This document shows, piece after piece, positions 1-9,255 of a DNA stretch of 26,369 nucleotides. The position numbers were made by a program, and so were the translations under genes. Source of the stretch: a virus (Duplodnaviria > Caudoviricetes); the IMG/VR virus record IMGVR_UViG_3300008113_007939, positions 1-26,369 of that record. One strand, 5' to 3'. Position 1 is the stretch's first letter; each line of letters starts with the position of its first letter. A model generated the notes under the pieces. That model made no database searches. It was given only the letters and a program-made list of their open reading frames with translations, and had not been told where the DNA came from.

Positions 1-2
1 AT

Positions 3-1150
3 ACGAGAGTTCTCTTTAATATTGAAGGAAGTGCAATTGAAAAGAATACGGAATCCTATATTGGATCTGGTTCTCTCTACACATTTGTAAGTGCAACAGA
101 ATCTTCTGTAGTATCCCCAGATGATACTAAAGTTCTCTTTACGTTCTCTGGATCTGCAGTTGAGAAGAATACCGAATCTTACTTTGGTTCTGGATCTCTC
201 TTTGGATTCTCTAGTGCAACTGAATCTGTTGCAGTATCTCCAGATGATACTAAGGTCCTCTTTACATTCTTTGGATCTGCAGTTGAAAAGAATACGGAAT
301 CCTATGTTGGATCTGGATCTCTTTATACCTTCATTGGAACTACAGAATCTTACACTGCATCACCAGATGATACTAGAGTTCTATTTGAATTCTCTGGAGA
401 TTCTACAAACAGAATTGTTTCTAATAATATTGGATCTGGATCCCTCTTTACATTCGTTAGTGCAACTGAATCTGCAGTTTATAATCCTCCAGAAGATACC
501 GCTCTCTTTAGATTCACTGGTGTTGCAATTGAGAAACAGACCGATGTTCATCGTGGATCTGGATCTCTGTTTGGATTTATTGGCGGAACGGAATCTTATA
601 CTGCATCACCAGATGATACGAAAGTATTGTTTAGTATTAATGGTGAGGGTGTCGGTAGATATCTCCTTAATAATATTGGTTCTGGATCTCTCTTTGCGTT
701 CTCTAGCGCAACAGAATCTATTGCAGTCAATCCACCTGAAGATACTGCACTGTTTAGATTTGTTGGAAATGCAAATGAGAAGCAAACAGACGTTCATCGT
801 GGATCTGGATCGCTATTCGGATTTATTGGAACTACAGAATCTTATACTGTATCTCCAGATGATACTAAGGTATTATTTGAATTTACTGGAAATGCGTCAG
901 AATCTATCGTTCCCGCTCCTCACATTGGATCTGGAACTCTATTCTCATTCATTAATGGAACGGAATCTATTACAGTATTCGCTCCAACTGAACCAGTTAT
1001 CTTTAGATTTGTTGGTAATGGAAATGAGTCTCAAGCAACTTCTTATAATGGATCTGGTAGATTGTTCGCAATATCTGGATCTACTGATAGTATAACTCTT
1101 GCTTATGGAATTGCAAGGGTTCTCTTTAATATAGTTGGAAGAGGATTGGA
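3..1150 (+). repeat. Coding tandem repeat, ~123-nt (41-aa) unit, about nine copies
   Basis: GATGATAC/GAAGATAC anchors at 120, 243, 366, 492, 612, 738 and 858; consensus DDTKVLFxFxGxAxExxTxSYxGSGSLFxFxxATESxxxSP. Confidence 0.9.
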
Positions 1151-1265
1151 ATCGTATTCATGGGCAAATTATGAGGGAGAAACTGAAACTCAATTCTTCG
1201 GACAATCTACCGATAAGAAAGTTCAGTTTGTAAGGGCACATCCAACAAGAATAATAATAATTTAA
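3..1265 (+). CDS. Repeat-rich virion structural protein, 5'-truncated by the window edge
   Basis: The frame of ORF 627..1265 continues upstream to base 3 (TRVLFNIEGSAIEKNTESYIGSGSLYTFVSATES...) and is built of ~41-aa repeats; 627 is not the true start. Confidence 0.8.
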   Translation, partial: TRVLFNIEGSAIEKNTESYIGSGSLYTFVSATESSVVSPDDTKVLFTFSGSAVEKNTESYFGSGSLFGFSSATESVAVSPDDTKVLFTFFGSAVEKNTESYVGSGSLYTFIGTTESYTASPDDTRVLFEFSGDSTNRIVSNNIGSGSLFTFVSATESAVYNPPEDTALFRFTGVAIEKQTDVHRGSGSLFGFIGGTESYTASPDDTKVLFSINGEGVGRYLLNNIGSGSLFAFSSATESIAVNPPEDTALFRFVGNANEKQTDVHRGSGSLFGFIGTTESYTVSPDDTKVLFEFTGNASESIVPAPHIGSGTLFSFINGTESITVFAPTEPVIFRFVGNGNESQATSYNGSGRLFAISGSTDSITLAYGIARVLFNIVGRGLESYSWANYEGETETQFFGQSTDKKVQFVRAHPTRIIII

Positions 1266-1271
1266 TAAATA
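1264..1271 (+). promoter_or_regulatory. T4-like late promoter variant (AATAAATA)
   Basis: NATAAATA just upstream of the ATG at 1295. Confidence 0.5.
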
Positions 1272-1294
1272 TTTTTAAAGTTAAACTCAAATTC

Positions 1295-1750
1295 ATGTCA
1301 GATAATGTAACAAAAAGAGTACAACTAAGAAAAGGAACCGAACAAGAGCATTCGTCTTTTATCGGTGCCGTTGCAGAAGTAACAGTAGATACAACTAAAA
1401 AAACTCTCAGGGTTCATGATGGTTCTACTAACGGTGGATTTGAAATAACAAAAGCTAGATATGATGTAATTTCCTCTGCCACTAATTTGAGAGTAAATGT
1501 AAAATATTTTGCCGATACATCATCAGGTGCATTTACTGCAACATTACCAACAATTAAAAGTGTAGGTGATTGTATAAAAATTATAGATGCGGAATCATAT
1601 TGGGATATAAATAATCTTACGGTAACAACCCAAAATAGCGAACAATTTAAAGATTATAGTGGTTTTATTGAATCACCTTTAGTATGTGATCTTGCCGGTG
1701 CTTCTATAGAATTGATCTGGGAAGGAACTTACTGGAGATTAATCGCATGA
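1295..1750 (+). CDS. Small tail/baseplate protein: Mtd N-terminal-like domain plus gp9/gp10-like beta domain
   Basis: VQLRKGTEQEHSSFIGAVAEVTVDTTKKTLRVHDGSTNGGF resembles the BPP-1 Mtd N-terminus; the C-half has DTSSGAFTATLP..VGD.I.IIDA. Confidence 0.7.
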   Translation: MSDNVTKRVQLRKGTEQEHSSFIGAVAEVTVDTTKKTLRVHDGSTNGGFEITKARYDVISSATNLRVNVKYFADTSSGAFTATLPTIKSVGDCIKIIDAESYWDINNLTVTTQNSEQFKDYSGFIESPLVCDLAGASIELIWEGTYWRLIA

Positions 1751-2109
1751 CAATGTATTTAAGCACAAGCGTTAGGAATGATAATGCAAAATCCTTTTCT
1801 AATTCGAACGATTTTTATGTTCATGCTTTGAGAAGAGATAGTAGTGGAATGTTATATTATACAAAAGTAAAAACCACTGATGAAGATGTTTTTGACTTTC
1901 ATAGAACTGATGGGACACCATATCCAGATTTTCTGGATGGAATAGATTATGTGGAAGAAACGACTGAGGAAAAATCTTTCACAAATCACCCAGCAGATAA
2001 ATATCAACAGTATCGTTTTGATTTTAGAAGACTTTCTTATTATATTGATGATGATGGATATCTTGTAGCAAGATTTGGAAGTTATGATTATTCAGTAGGA
2101 CCTAAGTAA
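1747..2109 (+). CDS. Hypothetical protein, probably structural
   Basis: ATGA-coupled to the upstream gene; 120-aa ORF in the structural operon. Confidence 0.7.
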   Translation: MTMYLSTSVRNDNAKSFSNSNDFYVHALRRDSSGMLYYTKVKTTDEDVFDFHRTDGTPYPDFLDGIDYVEETTEEKSFTNHPADKYQQYRFDFRRLSYYIDDDGYLVARFGSYDYSVGPK

Positions 2110-2123
2110 GGAATTAAACAAAG

Positions 2124-5100
2124 ATGGCAGATTTTAGACTTGGAAGATTAAAATTTAATTGGAGAGGTAATTGGGCTCCAACCACTGCATATGTAATTGA
2201 TGATATTGTAAAATTTGGTGCGAACACATATGTGTGTATTACAAATCACACTTCTGTTTCAAATCAATCTAATTGGACATCTACAGACCTTGCTAAATGG
2301 TCCTTACATACTGAAAGTGTAGTATCAAGAGGATCTTGGGCTACATCTACTTATTATAGTATTAACGATATTGTAAAATTTGGTGCAAATTATTATATTT
2401 GTACAACTTCCCACACTTCCACATCTTCACAATCTAACTGGTATTCTACAGATTTATCAAACTGGAGTGTATTTGTTGAAGGTATTGAGCACAAAGGTGA
2501 TTGGCAATCTGGAACATACTACAAAATTAATGATATTGTAAAATATGGTAATACCCAATATAGAGTAGTAACTGGATTTTCAACCACTGGATTTACCACA
2601 GCAAATGTAGTTGAATATATAAAGGGATTTGAATTTGAGGATAGTTGGAGTTCCTTAGAAACATATCAACCAGGGGATGTTGTAACTTATGGTGGATATA
2701 CTTATATTGCCACCACAATTAATACAAATAAACCTCCAGCAAATAACCTTCTTGCAGATTGGGATGTAGTAACCACTGGATTTACTGCAGTAGGAACATA
2801 TAGCACACTGTCAGACTATAAACCAGGTGATGTTGTTCAATATGGTGGTTATTCTTATGTTGCTATTACTACAAGTTATAATAGTGCTCCAATTAATACA
2901 GACAATTGGAGTCTTGTAGTAAAAGGAATTAATTGGGCTGGCACTTGGAGTACTTTTACTTCATATAAACTTGGTGATGCAGTAAGAAGAAATAGTAATA
3001 GTTATATTAGCGTTGCTTCAAGTAATGCTGGTAATCCACCAGAAACAGATGCTCTCGGAACATATTGGAATTCTTTATCTGCTGGAGCAGAAACAAATGT
3101 TCTGACAACTCAGGGTGATATTATATACCAATCGGGATCTGGTCCATCTAGACTTCCTATTGGAACTGATGGTCAAGTATTAACAGTAACTTCTGGTGGT
3201 GTTCCTGTTTGGGAAGATAATAACGTAACGCATCCAGTTTATTATGTAACAGAAGAAGGAAGTGATAGTAATAATGGTTTAAACATAAGTCGTTCATTCG
3301 CATCTCTTTCACACGCTGTTGGTATTGCCACTGGCCCAGCAACAATTTATGTTAAGGCTGGTGTATATGATGAACAATTACCTATTATTGTTCCTGAAGA
3401 AGTAACAGTTGTTGGAGATAACATTCGTACCACGAAAATTCGTCCTGCATCTGGCGATTCAAAAATTCAAGTAATATCTTTACCATATGCTCCAACCACA
3501 GTTTCTTATGGATCTACGATTATTAATGGATCTGGAACCAAAGTAGCAAGAGTAATGAATTCCAATTATTTGGAAAATGTGATTACAATCATGCCAATAA
3601 CTGGTGGAAGTTGGACTACATCTGATACATGGGAAAATGGTGGAACTGATATTACAATCAATTCCGTTGAAACGAGAACGAATGCTCAAGCAACAATGTT
3701 TATGCTGAGCAATAAGACAATGCTTAAAGATCTAGTCATGGAAGGAATGACTGGATTTGCTGCTGCTGGAATTGTAACAACAGTTTCTGGAAATATTTCT
3801 GGATCTTTACTTACTGGATCTAATTTTACTCCAGATTTGGTTGGGACTATTGTAAGTGGAACTGGTGTTTCGGCAGGAACTAAGGTTGTAAATGTTTCAA
3901 ACAGCACTACTGCAGAAGTTAGTATAGTTCAATCAGTTGGCACAACTAACTTAACATTTACTGCATTACCTTCGGATATTAATAATGCTACTGTAAAAGG
4001 TATATTTGTTTCTCTTAATCCTTCCAGTCCGATTACAAAGTCGCCATATGTTTCTCAATGCTCGGCATTTTCTACAGGTGGTGTAGGTGCAATTGTTGAT
4101 GGTAGAGTTCATAGACAATTCTTAGATAGTGGTCCAACTCCATCAAACAAATCAATTGTTTTTGACTCATACACAAATATTCATGATAATGGAGTTGGAT
4201 TCTGGGTTACTAATAATGGATCTGCAGAATTTGTTTCGTGTTTTACTTATTATGCTTATATTTCTTATGCATCAACTCGTGGTGGAAGAATTCGTTCTCT
4301 GGCAGGAAATAGTTCTTGGGGAACTTATGGTATTGTAAGTTCTGGTTATAATTCAAATGAAGCATTCTTAAGCGGTCAAATTGAAGGATTAGTTTTAAGT
4401 TATCAACCATTAACTGTAACTGGATCTGGATTTTCTGTTAATGAAAGGATTATTGGAGATACATCAAAAGCTCTTGGATATATTAATAGCGTACAAACAT
4501 CAAATTCTGAAATATATTATTCTTTAATTAGTGCTGGTCCTTTAGGAATTGGTACTGGATTTGCTCCTAATGAAACTATTAGGGGATTGACTAGTGGAAC
4601 TACTGCAACTCTTACAAATAATACTGATGCTAATAGAGGACAAAAAGGATTTACATTAGTCCTTTCTGGTTTCTCTACATCTTTACAACCTGGAGGAAGT
4701 GTAGAATTTGTAACTGGATCTGGTAATGGTGGTATAGGAAATACTGTTATTACTGGCGCTAACCCATTTACATTTGTGATTCAAACAGTAAGTTATTCTG
4801 GATCAGTTGGTCTTGGTACATTATTTGTTTCAAGAGGGCAACTTGGAACTGTATCTGCTGCTCATACTGGCGGTAATTTGAACTTAATTAACTATCCAAT
4901 AAAAACTTCTACGACTCTTTCTGGTGCAACAGATTCATCAACTACTACATTCTTCGTAAATTCAACTTCTCCATTTACTATTAACGAATTTGCTCAAGTT
5001 GATAATGAAATAGTTAAAATTACTGCCACTTCATCGGTTCCTTCACCAAACTTGACAGTAATTAGAGGACAAGAAGGTGCTGGAATTGCATCTGCACACG

Positions 5101-5801
5101 GTAATGGTTCCACTATTACTGCTATTGGATCCTCTAGTGTTCCAGGAGAACTCTGGAAAGATATAACTTCTGGTGTTACTCAAATTAGAGTTAGAAATGC
5201 ATCTGGATTTAGCACTACAGGATATTTAAAAATTGATTCTGAATTCCTTAAAATTAATTTCAATTATCCTGATGCTTTTGGACGGACCACTGCAATTCTT
5301 GCAGAAGAAAATCCAAATGTATCATACGATGGACAAACTATTAAAGTAAGATATCTTTATTCTCAAGTCCGCTTGACTGGACATGACTTCTTACAAATTG
5401 GAACAGGTGGAACTTCAACAACTAATTGGCCTAGTGTTCCTCTGGTTGATCCAATTCCATCTCGTGAAATTAATGAGGATTATCCAGGACGTATCTACTA
5501 TGTTTCTACAGATCAAAATGGTAACTTCCGTGTAGGTAAGTATTTCCGAGTCAATCAGGCAACTGGATCTGCAACTCTGAACTCTTCCGCTTTCGATCTT
5601 TCTGGTCTTACATCTTTAAGACTGGGTAGTATTGGAGCACAGTTGGGCGCTCAAATTAACGAATTTACTACAGATGCAACATTTGCAGCGAATAGTAATG
5701 AAAAGGTCCCAACTCAGGCTGCTGTTAAAGCATATGTTGATGCACAAATTATAGCTAACAAAACTACCAAAGGATATGTTTTCTGGGCATCTTCGATCTA
5801 A
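2124..5801 (+). CDS. Large tail fibre/spike protein with N-terminal Trp/Tyr carbohydrate-binding-like repeats and a beta-helix region
   Basis: Six W..T.Y..GD.V.YGG..Y-type repeats; VYYVTEEGSDSNNG...TIYVKAGVYDE beta-helix cap; C-terminal VPTQAAVKAYVD fibre motif; S/T/G-rich. Confidence 0.8.
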   Translation: MADFRLGRLKFNWRGNWAPTTAYVIDDIVKFGANTYVCITNHTSVSNQSNWTSTDLAKWSLHTESVVSRGSWATSTYYSINDIVKFGANYYICTTSHTSTSSQSNWYSTDLSNWSVFVEGIEHKGDWQSGTYYKINDIVKYGNTQYRVVTGFSTTGFTTANVVEYIKGFEFEDSWSSLETYQPGDVVTYGGYTYIATTINTNKPPANNLLADWDVVTTGFTAVGTYSTLSDYKPGDVVQYGGYSYVAITTSYNSAPINTDNWSLVVKGINWAGTWSTFTSYKLGDAVRRNSNSYISVASSNAGNPPETDALGTYWNSLSAGAETNVLTTQGDIIYQSGSGPSRLPIGTDGQVLTVTSGGVPVWEDNNVTHPVYYVTEEGSDSNNGLNISRSFASLSHAVGIATGPATIYVKAGVYDEQLPIIVPEEVTVVGDNIRTTKIRPASGDSKIQVISLPYAPTTVSYGSTIINGSGTKVARVMNSNYLENVITIMPITGGSWTTSDTWENGGTDITINSVETRTNAQATMFMLSNKTMLKDLVMEGMTGFAAAGIVTTVSGNISGSLLTGSNFTPDLVGTIVSGTGVSAGTKVVNVSNSTTAEVSIVQSVGTTNLTFTALPSDINNATVKGIFVSLNPSSPITKSPYVSQCSAFSTGGVGAIVDGRVHRQFLDSGPTPSNKSIVFDSYTNIHDNGVGFWVTNNGSAEFVSCFTYYAYISYASTRGGRIRSLAGNSSWGTYGIVSSGYNSNEAFLSGQIEGLVLSYQPLTVTGSGFSVNERIIGDTSKALGYINSVQTSNSEIYYSLISAGPLGIGTGFAPNETIRGLTSGTTATLTNNTDANRGQKGFTLVLSGFSTSLQPGGSVEFVTGSGNGGIGNTVITGANPFTFVIQTVSYSGSVGLGTLFVSRGQLGTVSAAHTGGNLNLINYPIKTSTTLSGATDSSTTTFFVNSTSPFTINEFAQVDNEIVKITATSSVPSPNLTVIRGQEGAGIASAHGNGSTITAIGSSSVPGELWKDITSGVTQIRVRNASGFSTTGYLKIDSEFLKINFNYPDAFGRTTAILAEENPNVSYDGQTIKVRYLYSQVRLTGHDFLQIGTGGTSTTNWPSVPLVDPIPSREINEDYPGRIYYVSTDQNGNFRVGKYFRVNQATGSATLNSSAFDLSGLTSLRLGSIGAQLGAQINEFTTDATFAANSNEKVPTQAAVKAYVDAQIIANKTTKGYVFWASSI

Positions 5802-5813
5802 TTATCTTTAAAT

Positions 5814-5821
5814 TATAAATA
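5814..5821 (+). promoter_or_regulatory. T4 late promoter TATAAATA
   Basis: Exact consensus in the intergenic gap, followed by an AGGAG RBS and the ATG at 5861. Confidence 0.75.
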
Positions 5822-5860
5822 CTATTAAGGATTTTTCAAATAATTTAGGAGAAATATTAA

Positions 5861-6178
5861 ATGGCCTCTGGAATTCTTGGTCAAGTTTCATTAGCAACTA
5901 CAGCAAACACCACTGTATATACTGTTCCTTCATCTACTGTTGGATACGTTAATTTTAACATGGTGAATACTAATACTACGAACGTTACTGTTAGAGTTGC
6001 TTTAGCTCAAAGTGCTACTCCAACATCTGCAGAATGGATTGAATATGATGCTATCATTCCAGGAAATGGAGTTCTTGAAAGAACTGGTTTTGTAATGAAC
6101 GCATCGAAAAATCTTGTAGTGAGAACTAATACATCTGGAGTGAGTGTTTCTGCATATGGTGTGGAAGAATCCGCTTAA
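5861..6178 (+). CDS. Small beta-rich virion structural protein
   Basis: AGGAG RBS and late promoter; the same domain occurs twice in the 17792 gene. Confidence 0.75.
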   Translation: MASGILGQVSLATTANTTVYTVPSSTVGYVNFNMVNTNTTNVTVRVALAQSATPTSAEWIEYDAIIPGNGVLERTGFVMNASKNLVVRTNTSGVSVSAYGVEESA

Positions 6179-6219
6179 TAATTATTTTGATTAAATATTA
6201 ACACAGGAGGCACAATCTA

Positions 6220-6543
6220 ATGGGACGTAATCTCTCACCACTTTCAGATTCTAGAGCAACAGTTGGAGTAACTACAAACTATACAGCACAGTCTGGACAA
6301 CTTCTTTTAATTGATACTACTAGTGCAGTTTTAACGGTAACTTTACCAGCTAACCCATCAGTTGGGGATAGAATTAATTTTATTGATGCCGCAGGTAACT
6401 GTGGAACAAATAAAGCTGTGATTGCAAGAAATGGAAATAAAATCGCAAATCTTGCTGAAGATTTGGATTTTGATATCAGAAATACTTCATTAGAATTACT
6501 TTATACTGGACCAACATATGGCTGGTCTATCCTTTCCAACTAA
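6220..6543 (+). CDS. Small gp9/gp10-like structural protein
   Basis: AGGAGG RBS; IDTTSAVLTVTLPANPSVGDRINFIDAAG is paralogous to the C-half of the 1295 gene. Confidence 0.7.
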   Translation: MGRNLSPLSDSRATVGVTTNYTAQSGQLLLIDTTSAVLTVTLPANPSVGDRINFIDAAGNCGTNKAVIARNGNKIANLAEDLDFDIRNTSLELLYTGPTYGWSILSN

Positions 6544-6559
6544 TCTTAGGTAAAGTTTT

Positions 6560-7528
6560 ATGGCAAGTTTAAGAACTTTACTAGATGTTCCAAATTCAGG
6601 AGATGTTCCAGTTCCAACATTTGTTGGAGAGAATGCTCATCAATTGTGGTTCAGGGGTAGTCACTGTTGGGAATATGGTAGTGCTGAAGACTATGGAAGA
6701 CAGTGTTTTTGTTGGGATGTTCCTAGTCGATGTGTTTGTAAGGTTGTATTTGAACTTTGGGCTGGTGGCGGCGGCGGAAGCGGCGCTTGTTGCTGTAGCA
6801 ATGGAGTTCCCGCTCACTCAGGTCAATATGTAAAATGCACGGTATGCGCTTTATCTCCACAAGTTACTGGAACTTCTTTAGATGGATTTAGATACTGTCT
6901 TTATGTTGGATCGGGAACTTGTAGATATCCAGTTCAAAACCAAGGATATGATGGATGTAAATCATATATTACTGGTTGCGGATTAGATAATTTCTGTGCA
7001 TGTGGTGGATGTTATGGTGGTTCTTTCTGCTTTGGTGGTGGTAATGCTGGCGCATGTAATACTTTTCCAGTAGCTTGTTGTGGAACTTCTTGGTCTTCTT
7101 GTCGTTGGCAAACTGATAAGTTTGCTAGACCAGATTGCACTTCTTATAGGACAATTCAAACTTGCTGTGAAACTTTTGGTAAAGATTATTGGGGTAATGG
7201 TGTTTCATATAACCAATTTGATTATTCCGATTGTGGAAACTGGTGTCATATGAAAAACTATCGCCCATCATCGGCAAGATTTGCAGGTGGTGTTATGGGA
7301 GCGAAATTTGGAGCTTTACACGTAATTAAACACGTTCAAATGTTTGGTTGTGGTAGAGATCTTACTTTATTCAACACAGGAAATAATGGTGGTTTAAGTT
7401 CAGATTGTTTCCGTAATGGTCCTCCTGGTGCAGGTGGAATGTCCGCTGATGTTTATGGTGGTGGTTGCTGCTGTGGATCAGAAGGTGCTTATGGTCTAAT
7501 TAGACTTACTTGGTATTGTAAAACATAA
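6560..7528 (+). CDS. Cys/Gly-rich protein 1 (putative tail-fibre tip/adhesin)
   Basis: About 33 Cys in 322 aa by manual count; FELWAGGGGGSGACCC, PGAGG, GGGCCCG and GLIRLTW motifs. Confidence 0.8.
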   Translation: MASLRTLLDVPNSGDVPVPTFVGENAHQLWFRGSHCWEYGSAEDYGRQCFCWDVPSRCVCKVVFELWAGGGGGSGACCCSNGVPAHSGQYVKCTVCALSPQVTGTSLDGFRYCLYVGSGTCRYPVQNQGYDGCKSYITGCGLDNFCACGGCYGGSFCFGGGNAGACNTFPVACCGTSWSSCRWQTDKFARPDCTSYRTIQTCCETFGKDYWGNGVSYNQFDYSDCGNWCHMKNYRPSSARFAGGVMGAKFGALHVIKHVQMFGCGRDLTLFNTGNNGGLSSDCFRNGPPGAGGMSADVYGGGCCCGSEGAYGLIRLTWYCKT

Positions 7529-7540
7529 GGAGGAATACAA

Positions 7541-8327
7541 ATGTCTAATTTAAGGAGTTTATTAAATAAAGAAACCATCACAAGTTTAAATACTGGGGGC
7601 GCAGCCATACAAGGAATTGATGATGGTAAGACATTTATATTCCATCCACAGTGTAATTTAGATTGTTGCTTCACAAATTATAGTGAATATTGCCTCAGAT
7701 TTTTCTGTGTTCCTTGTGGAACAACACAAATGACTTTTGAAATTTGGGGTGGTGGTGGATCTGGAGCAGGAGCTTGTTGTTGTCAGCAAGGGATTCCTGG
7801 AGGATCTGGTGCATACGCAAGAAAAACTTTAAATTTCCCAGAGATTCAAGGTGGTTGGTGTTATTGCTTAGTTGTTGCACCACCTACATGCTGCATACCT
7901 GTTTGTTGTGGAGTGCAAGGTTGTAAATCATTTGTGATTGGTTGCAACTTAAGTAATTTCTGTGCAGATGGTGGATTGCCAGGTAAAACTTGTTGTTATG
8001 CTTATTGGGGATCAAGTTTTAATTGTGTAGGAAAAGTATTTTTCTCTGGATGTGGTGGATGGAATCCAAATACTGATTGTTCCTGTGGATTTGGAGCAGA
8101 TTGCGTAATTCCAGGTCGTCCTGGTTACTTCGAAACTTATTGTAATTGTAGTACATGTTGGGCTAAACTTGGACTTCCATATCCAGCAAAATTAATCAAT
8201 GATAGTGGGGGTTATATAATTTCAAATAATGATGGTGATGCTTGTTTAAATATTCACACATATTGTTACATATTGTTCATGTTGGTTAGGTGTAAATGGT
8301 GATTGCTCATTCCATTTTTATAACTAA
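7541..8327 (+). CDS. Cys/Gly-rich protein 2, frameshifted and C-terminally truncated (ORF as given stops at 8302)
   Basis: AGGAGG RBS; FEIWGGGGSGAGACCC; a 10-nt tandem duplication at 8258-8277 shifts the frame; the paralogues' C-terminal motif is absent. Confidence 0.7.
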
Positions 8328-8330
8328 ATA
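8323..8330 (+). promoter_or_regulatory. Possible late promoter variant (ACTAAATA)
   Basis: TAAATA core 20 nt upstream of the ATG at 8351. Confidence 0.4.
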
Positions 8331-8350
8331 TTTCATAAAGGATATCACAT

Positions 8351-9220
8351 ATGTCTAGTTTAAGATCTTTACTTAATGTTATTGATTCAACTGTGATTTC
8401 TGCGACAGTTGGAGTAAATACTGTAACTAAATTATCGACACAACCAGCATCTGGATATCGTGTGGAATATATTGCTGCACAGTGCGGAACGGTTTGTAAT
8501 GGTGGTTATACTACAGCTTATGATTATTATGCATATAACTATTGGGCAATACCAAGTGGAGTAACTGATATAATCTTTGAAATTTGGGGAGCTGGTGGTG
8601 GTGGCGGAAGCAGCTGCTGCTGTTCAAAAGGAACTCCTGGAAATTCTGGAGCATACGCAGTTAAAAGATTGACAGGAGCAAATGTAGTTCCAGGATGCAA
8701 ATATAATATTATCATTGGACAGCCTGGAAATGGAAGTAGCGGTGCTCAATGTGGAGGACCTGGTGGATCAACTTATATTACTGGATATAACTTAAGTAAT
8801 TTCTGTGCAGATGGTGGCGCTGGAGGATGTTCGTGTTGTTTTGCTTGCTGCTGCACTTGGGCTCAAAGTAACACTTGTTGTGCTTGTTACTTTGGTGCTG
8901 ATAAAGGATCTCGTGGAAATCCAGGAGCACAATATATTGTATGTTATGACAACCATTGTTGGAATAAACAATTTATTCCATATCCTGGTGGATTGGTTAA
9001 TCTGAAAGGTGGGTGGGCTCCTGCAACACAATGTGAAAATTCTGGATGTGGATATTGTCTATTCCAAAATGCACTTGCTCAAGTTTCTTGGGCAACTGGA
9101 ACTATGAATGAACGTGCATATCTTCCTGGAGCTGGTGGTCCTTCTGGTTGGACTTGTGGAGGTGGATGTTGTTATGGAACTTGGGGAACTCCAGGATTAG
9201 TAAGAATAAGTTACAAATAA
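8351..9220 (+). CDS. Cys/Gly-rich protein 3
   Basis: FEIWGAGGGGGSSCCC, NFCADGG, PGAGG..GGGCCYG..GLVRISY. Confidence 0.8.
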   Translation: MSSLRSLLNVIDSTVISATVGVNTVTKLSTQPASGYRVEYIAAQCGTVCNGGYTTAYDYYAYNYWAIPSGVTDIIFEIWGAGGGGGSSCCCSKGTPGNSGAYAVKRLTGANVVPGCKYNIIIGQPGNGSSGAQCGGPGGSTYITGYNLSNFCADGGAGGCSCCFACCCTWAQSNTCCACYFGADKGSRGNPGAQYIVCYDNHCWNKQFIPYPGGLVNLKGGWAPATQCENSGCGYCLFQNALAQVSWATGTMNERAYLPGAGGPSGWTCGGGCCYGTWGTPGLVRISYK

Positions 9221-9221
9221 T

Positions 9222-9229
9222 CATAAATA
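9222..9229 (+). promoter_or_regulatory. Late promoter variant (CATAAATA)
   Basis: NATAAATA just after the stop codon and upstream of the ATG at 9256. Confidence 0.55.
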
Positions 9230-9255
9230 ACTAATAAAAGAAACAAGAAAGAGTT

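Noticed and set aside
121-1095. 324-aa Leu-rich ORF
   Set aside because: Shadow frame of the repeat gene; GGATCT repeats read as LDL and happen to lack stops.
3-1150. Possible CRISPR array
   Set aside because: Units are degenerate, codon-phased and ~123 nt long, with no constant repeat/unique spacer structure.
8300-8302. Selenocysteine or stop-codon readthrough at the TGA of Cys-rich gene 2
   Set aside because: The TGA lies in the shifted frame and readthrough adds only LLIPFL before TAA; other genes use TGA as an ordinary stop.
1295-9220. Diversity-generating retroelement suggested by the Mtd_N-like domain
   Set aside because: No reverse transcriptase and no TR/VR pair differing at adenines were seen in the window.
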